DNA of 64,000 nucleotides from a virus: IMG/VR virus record IMGVR_UViG_3300044655_000639, positions 10,283 to 74,282 of that record; one strand, 5' to 3'. Shown piece by piece: positions 55,201 to 64,000 of this stretch (position 1 is its first letter; each line of letters starts with the position of its first letter). The notes under the pieces were generated by a model. It saw only the letters and a program-made list of their open reading frames with translations, ran no database searches and was not told where the DNA came from. The position numbers and the translations under genes were made by a program.

Positions 55201-57748
55201 GACTCTCACAGCATCTGCAGATGTGTTCAGTAAGAATACTACTGGAGTGGTCTCTCCTGCTACAATAGCAGTAACAGGTACTGCACAGAATACAAGTATC
55301 ACAACATGGACGTATAGCACTGATGGTATAACATATAGTACTACCGTTCCAACTGGTGTATCTCGTACAGGTAATGTGGTAACTCTAACAGGAGCAACTA
55401 CTACTAGTAATGGTATAAGCATTAAAGCTTCTGATGGTACATATGAAGACACCATGACAATAGTAAAAGTAGAAGACGGGATTAATGGTATAACAGTTAT
55501 GATGAGCAATGAAGCCCATACACTACCTTCTGATAGTGCTGGTACTGTAACATCATATACTGGAAGTGGTACAATCATAAGAGTGTATGAAGGAGCTACT
55601 GAACTACTGTATGATGGTGTTGGTACTGCAAACAGCTCATGGAATGTAACTGCTACAGGTACTGGTATAACTGCTGGAAGTAAGACAGATAGTGGTGCAT
55701 TCGTAACCATAGGTGTTCACTCAGCTATGACTACAAATCCTGCTAGTGTGTCATATGCTATATCAGGTAAGAGGGTTAATGGTACAGCATTCACAGCTAC
55801 AAAGACTCAGACATTAACTAAGTCTATAGCTGGAGCTACTGGCATACAAGGGATACCTGGTACGAATGGGGTCAATGGGGTTACAACATATACATGGGTT
55901 AAGTATGCCAGTGATGCTAGTGGAACTGGGTTAACAGATTTTCCATCTGGTATGACATATTTAGGTATGGCTTATAATAAAACTACAGCTACTGAGTCAA
56001 CTGTTGCAGCAGACTACACATGGAGTCTAATAAAGGGCACTGATGGTATTGCAGGTACTAATGGTATAGATGGAGTTACAACCTACACATGGATCAAGTA
56101 TGCCGATACTTCTACAGGTACTGGAATGTCCGACACACCAACTGGTAAGTTATATATTGGTATTGCAGTCAACAAGACAACTGCTACAGAATCTACAGTA
56201 ACTACTGATTACACATGGTCATTAATTAAAGGAGCAGATGGTGCCACTGGAGCTGCTGGAACATCAACATATACTGCAACAGTGTACAAACAGACTTCTT
56301 CAGCGCCTGCAGCTCCTAGTGGTGGAAGCTATAACTTCAGCACTAATACTATAACTCCTCCTACTGGATGGGTAGTAGTACAACCTACTACAACTACAAC
56401 TCCTACGTATGCATGTGAGTACACATTCACAGCTACTACAATAGGAGCTACTATAACAGCAGGTACATGGGGAACAGTAAGAATAGATGCTGTAAGAGGA
56501 ACGGATGGAGCATCTGGCACAAGTGTAAATATGGTAGAAGTATATAGTACATCATCTGTTACTCCCACATCAGGTGCATATGACTTCTCAACTAACACCA
56601 TCTCTAGCCTAACAGCTGGATGGAGTATGACACAACCAGCTTCTTCAACTACTCCAACATACATGAGTAGAAGAAGATTCTCAGTAGTAGCTCCTGCTAC
56701 ATCTGCTACTGATGGTACGTGGAGTACTCCTGTTGTGGTTGCTCAGAACGGAGCAACTGGTGCAACAGGGGCTACTGGTAGTAGAGGTGCAATGAGTGTA
56801 TTCGCTACAGGACTAAGTACACCACCTACAGATGCTGAGCTAATGAATGCTATAGCACAAGCTGTAAATGGGACATCTACTGTCACTCTCATACGTGGTG
56901 ATAATGTAACATACACACATGGAACTGCTGGTACTAAACAAGCATACTATACTGGTACTGCATGGACTAAAGATGTAGCATTGTATGTTAATGGTGATGC
57001 TGTCATATCTGGGACATTAGATGCAAATCGTATAAATGCCAGTACGATAGCTGCAAGTAATATACTAGTTGACCAGACTATAAGAAGCAGTGATTTTACT
57101 ACTATAGGCGGAGCTGGGTTCAGACTGAAATCTAATGCAGCTGGCACAAGTGCTGATCCTACAATCTATGGGGCATACATAAGCGCTGGTAAAATGGTTG
57201 CTAGTAATATTATTATTGGAGGATCTAATGGTACTAAGTACTATGATGCTGAATCAGGTTATGAATTAGACTCTGCTGCTTCATCTGGAATAGCACTCAC
57301 ATCTAATGTTTCCAACCCGTATGGAGGAACATATGCAGTAGACTATATTTATTTTTCTACTAATTATACCCCATATAGTGCTGCTCCTCTTTATTTATGG
57401 GGACCTGGTAATCACGCTAATGTACCTATGAATCAGAGAGTGAGATCCACAACAGGTAGTTCTCAGATAAGTGTGTCTATCTCTGTAGTAGCTCAAATAC
57501 ATAGAGTGTTGTCTATATGGAAAAGAGACTCAGTTAATGGGACGTGGAGGATATGTGGTAGGCAGAGTTATAATCCTGAAGGAGCTTGGGATACTGTTTC
57601 CTCAATATGGTCAGAGAAGATCGATATGCCATACGATGGTTGGGTGCAATACGGTATAGCACCGTACTTATCCAATGGTACACTATGGGGGGGTGCTGAG
57701 CCCTATGTATACTACCCAGTAGTTGTTATACAGGCACTAAACATATGA
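52238..57748 (+). CDS. Large tail fibre/host-specificity protein (1836 aa)
   Basis: Repeated ADGK...P....D.W modules, a gpJ/DUF1983-like segment (GSITGW...F.I.A.NF), collagen-like GXY stretches and tandem YTW.KYA repeats. Confidence 0.85.
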   Translation: MDIEVESPITVEAEVQTYTLVSDDIYVRRYGTSNIPPWYASMIESLIANSGTIANMDDVIQYLSSLESGYNTKFFNLETVDSETNALLSSLVSTTGGHTAAIASLDITKTDADSALAIAQDTVAAYFNDGSAGAFFDSKISTYASNVEANANNISVLGATLNGVSARITTVEDVTISQGLDIQTLLASTDGSVDTYYQPEAPTTANYGDWWIDTDSNPIRAYRYEDSNGLNTGTLIWTDRSTDVVAMTYINVWKDNTRIDNIIDGTTVISIDNARVGDINIAAYVASEIDKEVVVYSGSIPPRISTEPGGLHPATAKANDIYIQKTTATSASGVVVDVVNTYTYNGSIWVVTGTNNNLTALADMADGKRTIYRGTTAPTSPDVNDIWIPETGVVGYLAGGLYQWTGTVWLETTRYTDDTAVTDFITDTFLPFKDLVDAQLDNQIISWFKEVPPTLANEPASLWTTTVLKDEHLADLYYDTVSGIAYRFNKSAAGVYSWGVISDSGIGAALLAASNAQDTADGKRRVFISQPTAPYDIGDLYVPLTDNGIYLINDIWICKVSKAEGTAFSASDWKLASAYNTLSQGVTALTDTVGSLQSLVDHKIETFYQATEPHPAVTLLVTDPLLPTYETYVKDIWYDTAGTHKTYIYLNEDNSLQVDDNGLITTGSPIVINLLTITALVNDEEDLHGTLGLNGDYGDSIRYFWEEVAVPDDVFDKIDGKKTIYVIQPTSYAVNDIWIPSVDVSITGTVFLKDSVYISTANSTVFDKTHWRIATKYTDDTLAASAYGLADGKIRTWFQDDAPTALAVGYEKGDGDFWVDTNNGNLTKVWKWVGLPYPSGTGSWVDTTSTVANQALEWSATASKLITGPDGSITGWEFSDGSNQVSDFKIKATNFSVSDGTTGYTPFSISGGNIELNGTVNINKLSSSIFIGSYASAPSTVSVPMGATTYTLKDGDTYRNSTNNIVYYKSGASWLSTQGIAGTNAKIVTLTASADVFSKNTTGVVSPATIAVTGTAQNTSITTWTYSTDGITYSTTVPTGVSRTGNVVTLTGATTTSNGISIKASDGTYEDTMTIVKVEDGINGITVMMSNEAHTLPSDSAGTVTSYTGSGTIIRVYEGATELLYDGVGTANSSWNVTATGTGITAGSKTDSGAFVTIGVHSAMTTNPASVSYAISGKRVNGTAFTATKTQTLTKSIAGATGIQGIPGTNGVNGVTTYTWVKYASDASGTGLTDFPSGMTYLGMAYNKTTATESTVAADYTWSLIKGTDGIAGTNGIDGVTTYTWIKYADTSTGTGMSDTPTGKLYIGIAVNKTTATESTVTTDYTWSLIKGADGATGAAGTSTYTATVYKQTSSAPAAPSGGSYNFSTNTITPPTGWVVVQPTTTTTPTYACEYTFTATTIGATITAGTWGTVRIDAVRGTDGASGTSVNMVEVYSTSSVTPTSGAYDFSTNTISSLTAGWSMTQPASSTTPTYMSRRRFSVVAPATSATDGTWSTPVVVAQNGATGATGATGSRGAMSVFATGLSTPPTDAELMNAIAQAVNGTSTVTLIRGDNVTYTHGTAGTKQAYYTGTAWTKDVALYVNGDAVISGTLDANRINASTIAASNILVDQTIRSSDFTTIGGAGFRLKSNAAGTSADPTIYGAYISAGKMVASNIIIGGSNGTKYYDAESGYELDSAASSGIALTSNVSNPYGGTYAVDYIYFSTNYTPYSAAPLYLWGPGNHANVPMNQRVRSTTGSSQISVSISVVAQIHRVLSIWKRDSVNGTWRICGRQSYNPEGAWDTVSSIWSEKIDMPYDGWVQYGIAPYLSNGTLWGGAEPYVYYPVVVIQALNI
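55877..56242 (+). repeat. Intragenic tandem duplication, period 195 nt (65 aa)
   Basis: Two copies of GVTTYTW.KYA....GTG..D.P.G..Y.G.A.NKTTATESTV..DYTWSLIKG.DG starting at 55877 and 56072. Confidence 0.85.
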
Positions 57749-58167
57749 TGTACGTGTATGCATCCCCATTAGGGTACTCAGAGGTTTTAGCCTATAAAAT
57801 AGATGTTACTCACCCAGCGTATGAGGGTTATGAATTTATAGAAGAGACAGAGAATCCAGAGCAATTTCACTTAAAGCGTAGAGCTAATGGTGTATGGGTT
57901 GAGCAGACTGATCACCTCAATAACCCACCGTCTAAAGAACAAATGGTAGAAAGCATACTTGTAACAACAACAGCAGGTAATATATTTAATGGAGATGAGA
58001 AGTCCCAGGATAGACTCACTAGAGCAATAACTATTGCAGGTATTACAGATGAGACTTCTACAGAATGGAAGATGGCTAATAATGAAATAGTATCGGTACC
58101 ACTGTCAGAACTTAAAGAAGCACTTACATTAGCTGGTAAAGCTATGAGAGATATATGGTTAGCTTAA
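57745..58167 (+). CDS. DUF4376-like tail fibre accessory protein
   Basis: I.VTT..G..F.GDE.SQ.R..RAI...W..A.N......EL.EAL.LAG.....IW pattern. Confidence 0.75.
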   Translation: MMYVYASPLGYSEVLAYKIDVTHPAYEGYEFIEETENPEQFHLKRRANGVWVEQTDHLNNPPSKEQMVESILVTTTAGNIFNGDEKSQDRLTRAITIAGITDETSTEWKMANNEIVSVPLSELKEALTLAGKAMRDIWLA

Positions 58168-58182
58168 TATGAAGGAATCACT

Positions 58183-58677
58183 ATGAAATTAGAAGTATAC
58201 ACAAATGATGCTCTCAGGAAGGTAGAGTATCCTCCAAGCACTCCTGAATATAAGGAGATACTTGAAAAGATCAATAGCATTATTGAACTAGACTTTGAGC
58301 CTTTAACTGTAGGCTACTCTAATGGGGAGTTTGCAGCCTATAGTAAAGTACGTAATAGTAAATTTCTTACTAATTTAAAGACAGTAACAGTTGGTGAAGG
58401 GTTTGGAATAAAATTCAAATCACCTAATGATATACGTGTAAAAGTATATCATCTGGGGAATCCTAGACATATAAAGCTTGCGGAGAATATACTGTTTACA
58501 GGTATGTATGACGAATCTACTGAGACAACAGTGTATTACCTTGAAAATGGTACTAAGATAAGCCCTAGCCAAGTACTAGTTACACTAGGGGTAAACAACT
58601 TCATAGGTGTTACTGTAGATGCTGATGGCAAAGTCATAAGTAAGAGTCATTATAATAGTGCACCCTCTATGATATAA
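58183..58677 (+). CDS. Hypothetical protein
   Basis: AAGGA RBS. Confidence 0.6.
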   Translation: MKLEVYTNDALRKVEYPPSTPEYKEILEKINSIIELDFEPLTVGYSNGEFAAYSKVRNSKFLTNLKTVTVGEGFGIKFKSPNDIRVKVYHLGNPRHIKLAENILFTGMYDESTETTVYYLENGTKISPSQVLVTLGVNNFIGVTVDADGKVISKSHYNSAPSMI

Positions 58678-58678
58678 T
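58670..58678 (+). promoter_or_regulatory. Extended -10 late promoter
   Basis: TGATATAAT upstream of an AAAGGA RBS. Confidence 0.5.
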
Positions 58679-58703
58679 TTCAATAACAATAAAAGGATAA
58701 TCC

Positions 58704-59522
58704 ATGTCATACACACAAACACTACCAACAGCAACACAAGAGGATGGTACACTAGATGTAGTATCAAAGTTTAATACCTTAACAGAAACTGCTCTAGGTA
58801 TTGACAGTATCTACATGAGAGCAAAGGATACATTCAAAGAACTACTGGATGGTAGTAAACTGACAGGTCCTCAGTATGCTGAACTGGCTAGTCAATTCAT
58901 AAGTCAACTAGCAACTACTACTACACAACAAGTACTACAAGGTGCAATGCAGTGGGCACAGCAAGAGAAAGAGCTAGCATATAGTCTAGCTAAGATAGAA
59001 GCTGATACAGCTCTTACAATGGCTAATAGAATGATGGTAGGATATCAGATAGATAAACTGATTAAAGAGATAGATGCTACATGTAAACAGTCCGCAGCTA
59101 CAATGTCATCAAGTATCAGAGACAACGGTAGAATTGCAACATATGCTGATGACGGCTGTACTCCGTTGACACTACATGATGAAGGTACTAAATGGGATCA
59201 GAAAGCAGTGTATCAAGCACAAGCATATGCTGCACTATCTGACGCATACAGAAAGTCAGGGGTAGTAGAAATAGGTACTGACACTGATGGTACAATTAAA
59301 GGGCTATCAGGAACTTCTACAGGGTACACAGATGCACAAGATAAGTATGCTAGAAGACAGATACTATCATTTGAAGACAGTAAGAGAAGTCATGCTGTTA
59401 ATGCACTAAGTCAGACTATAGGGCAACTACTAGCTACTGACATCGTACCTGATCAAGCTACTATAATTAACAAGTTCAATGCTGCTATTGACTACCTGAA
59501 TTCTAATACTCCAGCTGTATAG
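58704..59522 (+). CDS. Virion structural protein (N4 gp54-like)
   Basis: DG..D...LTG.QYA and Q..SF....R..A patterns; synteny. Confidence 0.55.
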   Translation: MSYTQTLPTATQEDGTLDVVSKFNTLTETALGIDSIYMRAKDTFKELLDGSKLTGPQYAELASQFISQLATTTTQQVLQGAMQWAQQEKELAYSLAKIEADTALTMANRMMVGYQIDKLIKEIDATCKQSAATMSSSIRDNGRIATYADDGCTPLTLHDEGTKWDQKAVYQAQAYAALSDAYRKSGVVEIGTDTDGTIKGLSGTSTGYTDAQDKYARRQILSFEDSKRSHAVNALSQTIGQLLATDIVPDQATIINKFNAAIDYLNSNTPAV

Positions 59523-59530
59523 GCTGAAGT

Positions 59531-61831
59531 ATGAGCTTCATCCATAGGGATTACAATAAACCTAGAATAGCTATGCATAACAATAAGGTAATGCGTAAGT
59601 CTCTATTCGATAAAGTATTCACTAAGAGCATGGTAGGTGGAGTACAAGTATATGGTACTGCTCAAATATACCAAAATAGCTCTAAAGTAAGATCTGATAA
59701 AACATTCAAGAGATTCCTGCGTAATATAGGTACATCATATAAGGAGATGAATAAGCAGATACTAGAGACTGAAAATATAGATAAAGTAGAAAACATATAC
59801 TTCAAGATGAATCAGAGTAAGCTACTATTCTCTCCTCAGAGTAATGCTGATATAGCAGATAAACTCAATAACGACTATCTGTATGATATGTCAGTACCAT
59901 ACACAAATACAGCTACTACATACTACTATAGTCAGGGCAGAATAGCTAATGAAGTAATAGCTACTCTACCAATAGATTCTGATATAAAGAACTACCAATT
60001 CGTAAATGGTACAGGAACATTCGATACTACTGCTGATGGCTTCTACAGAATAACTGCTGATGGTAAAATCAGAATAACTGCTGCTGGAGTAGAACCTATT
60101 CTATCAGATCCATATGATGTATACAGTGATACTATCAATCCTCCTACAAACAAGATGAACCATGATGGTGGTAGTAATCAGTTTGGGTATACTGTAAGAA
60201 GAACTCACCTGAATAATACTACTAGTGATGTCTCTATAGTACTAAAGATAAAAAGAGATTATATTGATGTACAGATCACAGTAGGTGGTCAATATACCAA
60301 TACAATCAGTACTGCTAACCCAGTAGCTGGAGGAACACCAGAGATGTTCAATGACCTAGCAGCACTGAGAGCTTCTATAGAAAGTAATGCTATGCAGTAT
60401 CTTGCTGGAGTATATCCTACTAATGCATGGGGGGTACCTACATATAACAACACCATAAATGTAGGAAGTAAAAGACTATCCATGAAGGTAGCTGATATAT
60501 CCTATAATGAAGACTGGGGACATGAACTAGACACACTAGCAGTGCTAGATGATGGTGAGCTATACGATGTGCTAGAACCAGTTATAGGGGAAGTAATAGA
60601 ACTAACTCCTATGGAGGTACAAAGATCATCTGCAGTAGGGTCCAGAGGTACAGCATACACACAGCTGTTCAACATGTCATATACCTATACAAAGAGATTC
60701 AAGGTAAAAGCAGTAGCTACTGAGACAAGTACTCTAATAACAAGACAAGCTATTGTAGCAAGTAAGTTCCCAACTGGAGGTACTATACAGTTTCCTGGTC
60801 TATTCATTGAACCAGCTTCTATCAATTCAGCTGTAATGGATACTACAATAAAGGATGCTATAAAGAATCTACATACTGAATACTACTATGAAGATAATAC
60901 TATATTTCATAGAGGATATCTAAGAGTAGATGCATTCAATGCAATGACTGCTAATGAGTTTAATACTGTATTTACTAAGTGTTTTGATACAGGCTTCAAA
61001 AAGAAGAAGACTAAGTGGTGGCAGAAAGCACTGGCTATTGTCATCATAATCATAGCTGTAGTTCTGATTATACTTAGTTTTCTATTTCCTCCTTTTGGCA
61101 TAGCCACAGCTTCTTTACAAGCGGCTATGTGGGCATTAGCCATAGGTATGTTATTCATAACTCTAGCTGGTATGGCATATGCTAAACATGTTGGAGATGA
61201 GACAGGTATGAAGATGATAGCAGGAGCTACACAAGTTATAGGTATCGCTTTAGCCATAGTATCAATATGTAGTGGGTATATTGATGTTATGAATGGTATT
61301 GGTGCATTAAATGCTGTAGGATCTATGACAGCTGAACAGGTAGCAGCAGCTGGAGGAGCTTCTGCAGTATCAAGCATCACAACAACTATAGCTGTTAATA
61401 CTGCTGTAGCTGGAGTGTCTTTAGTACTAGGTGTAGCTTCCTTTGGTGTAAATGCTCTAGGTATGGGTAGTGAGAGAGACAGACAAATCATAAATGCAGC
61501 TACTGCTCTACTTGGAGCATATAACTCATGGGGTAACTTCACCGCAGGTATGTCAGCCCCATCAGTAGGTCCAGTACAGAATGTGTCTAACTTCGTAAAG
61601 CTAGCCGAGTCTGGGTATAGAGGGTACATGGCAGTAGATGCTGTAGGTACAAAGACTCCTACATCACCTACAGCAGAAGAACAAGCAGTACCTGAAGATG
61701 GTGTAGAGAGTGTATTCCTACTAGAAACAAGAACTGTTGCATTCGATGCTATAGAAGCACTTAATGAGAAGATGAATCTACAGTATGGTATGCATGCAAC
61801 ACAAGGTGTACTACAAAAGCAATATGCATGA
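59531..61831 (+). CDS. Virion protein with C-terminal TM helices (N4 gp53-like)
   Basis: KKKTKWWQ followed by multiple hydrophobic segments. Confidence 0.65.
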   Translation: MSFIHRDYNKPRIAMHNNKVMRKSLFDKVFTKSMVGGVQVYGTAQIYQNSSKVRSDKTFKRFLRNIGTSYKEMNKQILETENIDKVENIYFKMNQSKLLFSPQSNADIADKLNNDYLYDMSVPYTNTATTYYYSQGRIANEVIATLPIDSDIKNYQFVNGTGTFDTTADGFYRITADGKIRITAAGVEPILSDPYDVYSDTINPPTNKMNHDGGSNQFGYTVRRTHLNNTTSDVSIVLKIKRDYIDVQITVGGQYTNTISTANPVAGGTPEMFNDLAALRASIESNAMQYLAGVYPTNAWGVPTYNNTINVGSKRLSMKVADISYNEDWGHELDTLAVLDDGELYDVLEPVIGEVIELTPMEVQRSSAVGSRGTAYTQLFNMSYTYTKRFKVKAVATETSTLITRQAIVASKFPTGGTIQFPGLFIEPASINSAVMDTTIKDAIKNLHTEYYYEDNTIFHRGYLRVDAFNAMTANEFNTVFTKCFDTGFKKKKTKWWQKALAIVIIIIAVVLIILSFLFPPFGIATASLQAAMWALAIGMLFITLAGMAYAKHVGDETGMKMIAGATQVIGIALAIVSICSGYIDVMNGIGALNAVGSMTAEQVAAAGGASAVSSITTTIAVNTAVAGVSLVLGVASFGVNALGMGSERDRQIINAATALLGAYNSWGNFTAGMSAPSVGPVQNVSNFVKLAESGYRGYMAVDAVGTKTPTSPTAEEQAVPEDGVESVFLLETRTVAFDAIEALNEKMNLQYGMHATQGVLQKQYA

Positions 61832-61898
61832 TAATTGTAGTATAATACTGAAAAGCTAAATAGCTAATAGCTTTATATATAAACATAAAGGATATGAT

Positions 61899-62666
61899 AT
61901 GGCAGAACAACAAATATGGGTTGCAGGAAGAGGGCTTCAACCTGTTGTAAAGAAGACAGTACCTACTGTAAAAGCATCTGTGTATGACCCCTACCAAGAA
62001 ATGTTAAATGAAAGAGCTCCTGGTGGATATAAAGCAGTAAAAGCTAAGCCTAAAGGGACAACTACTACAAAAGCATATAGTGCTCCAGCAGTAAAGCCTA
62101 AAGCAAATACTGCTTCTGCAGGGAAGAAACCTGTAGCTACATCTGCACTACTAGCACCTCCAGCACTTACAGCAACTGCTGCTGGACTGGCAATACCAGA
62201 ACCAGCTAAAGAGTTTCTAGGAGAAAATTCAGCATCTATAATGAATGTTGATGGATTTAAACCTGTGAGTATAAATACTTCTAGTTCTATGCCTCAAGTA
62301 TCAGATGCTTCAATACCAATTGGAGGCTCCATTATAGCTAATGACGGAATAGCTACAGTAAATACTGAACCTGGAATGTTTGATGGTTTCGGTCAAGGAC
62401 TAGCTAATTTATGGGGTGGCACTTCCGTGGATGCAGCTGGTAATAAAATTACTACTGGTATAGGAGGTGCTGAAGGATTCAGTAATTTAATGGGTGGAAT
62501 ATCAACTGGGTATGGTATCTATAGTGACATTCAGAATAATAAGAGAGCAGATAAGGCTCTTAGTATGATGAAACAAGACAGAGCTAATCAGTATAAAGCA
62601 AATGAGGACTGGAATAAAAATATAGCATCATCTGGACTAGGGCTTGCCTCTAGAGCAACAAGGTAA
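61899..62666 (+). CDS. Putative ejection/internal virion protein (N4 gp52 position)
   Basis: Ala/Lys/Pro-rich N-terminus and Gly-rich C-terminus; TATAAT at 61841. Confidence 0.55.
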   Translation: MAEQQIWVAGRGLQPVVKKTVPTVKASVYDPYQEMLNERAPGGYKAVKAKPKGTTTTKAYSAPAVKPKANTASAGKKPVATSALLAPPALTATAAGLAIPEPAKEFLGENSASIMNVDGFKPVSINTSSSMPQVSDASIPIGGSIIANDGIATVNTEPGMFDGFGQGLANLWGGTSVDAAGNKITTGIGGAEGFSNLMGGISTGYGIYSDIQNNKRADKALSMMKQDRANQYKANEDWNKNIASSGLGLASRATR

Positions 62667-62675
62667 GGGGACATA

Positions 62676-63713
62676 ATGGCATACCAAGGACAAATACAAT
62701 ATGATCCATCAAGAGTATTAGCAAGCTTTGTTAATCCTGCAGAAAGAGCTGGAGACTATTTTAAAAGTGTTGCAGCTAGTGCAGCTGCTGAACGTAATGC
62801 TCAGTTTGAAAGACAGGATAAGATTGCTCAAAGAGCTATAGAGAAAGATAGGTTTGATAAACAGTTTGCACTAAGTAAAGCAGCAGCTGATATGCAAGCT
62901 GAGAAGTTCGGTATAGATAAGGCTACTACTCAAGGTAACATACTGGCAAGTAGAGATCTACAAGGTGCAACACAAGGACTGGTAGCACCATCACAAATAG
63001 ATACTGTAAATGCTAAAGGTGAAGGCAGTAACAAGTATGCTGATCTATACAATATGATGCTAGCAAAAGGTGCTAAACAACCTGCTATTGATTCAGCACT
63101 AGAAGCAATGCAGACTAAAGATGTAGCAGCATACAATGCAAGTCCTACACTACAGAGACAATATATCAGTGGTGTCAACATAGATCAAGGTCCTCAGGAA
63201 GTGGTTGTAGGTATGGATGCTGATGGTAATCCTATAACTAAAGAAGTACAAGGTGATGTATCAGTAGCACAAGAACTAAAGAATAAAATGCTAGGTGGGT
63301 ATGATACTCGTATTGCTGCTGATAAGCTAGCAGCTGCACAACTAGCATCAGATGAACTGAAGTATAAACAGCAAATAGCACTAGAAAATATGAGAAATGC
63401 TAATGATATAGCAAAAGTAAAACTACAGGCTAAGCTTACACCTAAAGATGACTACTACACAAAAGCTATGAGACTAGGTCTATTACAACAGGAACTAGAT
63501 TCTACCAACCCTGTAAAAATAGCAGAAAGAAAGACTGCTGCTAATGAAAAGTTAATAAAGAACAAGGATCTAGAACAAGAAAGATTCACTAAGTATCTCT
63601 CACAAGTACCATCTACAGTCGATGCTTATGATTACCAGCAGTGGAAAGCTGCTGGAATGCCTACATTTTCAGAAAGAGGCTGGAGTCCTTTTGGAACATG
63701 GGGTGGAAGATAA
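62676..63713 (+). CDS. Putative internal virion/ejection protein (N4 gp51 position)
   Basis: Ala/Gln-rich helical composition; synteny. Confidence 0.55.
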   Translation: MAYQGQIQYDPSRVLASFVNPAERAGDYFKSVAASAAAERNAQFERQDKIAQRAIEKDRFDKQFALSKAAADMQAEKFGIDKATTQGNILASRDLQGATQGLVAPSQIDTVNAKGEGSNKYADLYNMMLAKGAKQPAIDSALEAMQTKDVAAYNASPTLQRQYISGVNIDQGPQEVVVGMDADGNPITKEVQGDVSVAQELKNKMLGGYDTRIAADKLAAAQLASDELKYKQQIALENMRNANDIAKVKLQAKLTPKDDYYTKAMRLGLLQQELDSTNPVKIAERKTAANEKLIKNKDLEQERFTKYLSQVPSTVDAYDYQQWKAAGMPTFSERGWSPFGTWGGR

Positions 63714-63756
63714 TATAAATAGTGTATAATTCCTTACCACATAAAAGGACTTATAC

Positions 63757-64000
63757 ATGAACCTTACTGAACTGCGTAATCAAGCTGCTAAGGATATTCA
63801 AGCTGAAAGATCTAAGATAGGATCTTCCTCCTATATTAACAATCCAAACATACCTTATAATGAGCCTACACTAGCTGATAGAAGATACACTGGTCTTGCT
63901 CCATATGGTGAACCTACTAAAGCAGAGAAGCTCTTAGAGGCTAGAAATGAAAAGATAAATAGACTACATGCTCTTACATCTACAAGCTCTGGTGCTCAGC
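63757..64000 (+). CDS. Partial ORF at the right edge, possibly the N-terminus of a virion RNA polymerase
   Basis: TATAAT (63725) and AAAGGA RBS; open to the window end (MNLTELRNQAAK...). The identity rests on N4 synteny only. Confidence 0.4.
   Translation, partial: MNLTELRNQAAKDIQAERSKIGSSSYINNPNIPYNEPTLADRRYTGLAPYGEPTKAEKLLEARNEKINRLHALTSTSSGAQ

Noticed and set aside
60907-61629. Long antisense ORFs (e.g. 60907-61629, 55168-55710, 29458-29919) and other nested short ORFs in the track
   Set aside because: They lie opposite or inside well-supported genes, lack RBS or motifs, and are best explained as shadows of codon bias.

Overview
This window is about 64 kb of a lytic dsDNA phage genome with N4-like (Schitoviridae-type) architecture. 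Positions 1-27.2 kb are all on the minus strand and carry early/middle genes: a single-polypeptide T7/N4-RNAPII-type RNA polymerase, many small early ORFs, thyX, a tRNA(CAT) plus a structured non-coding cluster, an SF1 helicase, a family A DNA polymerase, a MoxR-type AAA pair, a primase, an exonuclease/AAA/SSB module, and nrdA/nrdB. A divergent non-coding gap at about 27.24-27.66 kb is the probable genome terminus. Positions 27.7-64 kb are all on the plus strand and carry late genes: terminases, a tail fibre, a lysis cassette, tail proteins, portal, scaffold, major capsid protein, a second large tail fibre and ejection-type proteins, with a truncated ORF at the right edge where N4 has its virion RNAP. 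AAGGA ribosome-binding sites and TGnTATAAT promoters suggest a Campylobacterota-type host (inference). The most notable observations are: (1) a stand-alone PAS sensor domain at the head of the lysis cassette; (2) a lytic transglycosylase split at a C_CCA_AAG slippery site followed by a stem-loop, a candidate programmed -1 frameshift; (3) an unannotated secreted 4-Cys beta-hairpin micropeptide coupled to a membrane micropeptide; (4) an ncRNA cluster with an aberrant tRNA, a CCA-ended minihelix and an H-type pseudoknot; (5) two homing endonucleases that appear to have replaced the ends of nrdA and portal, leaving the old ends behind. All calls come from reading motifs by eye; no database searches were run.
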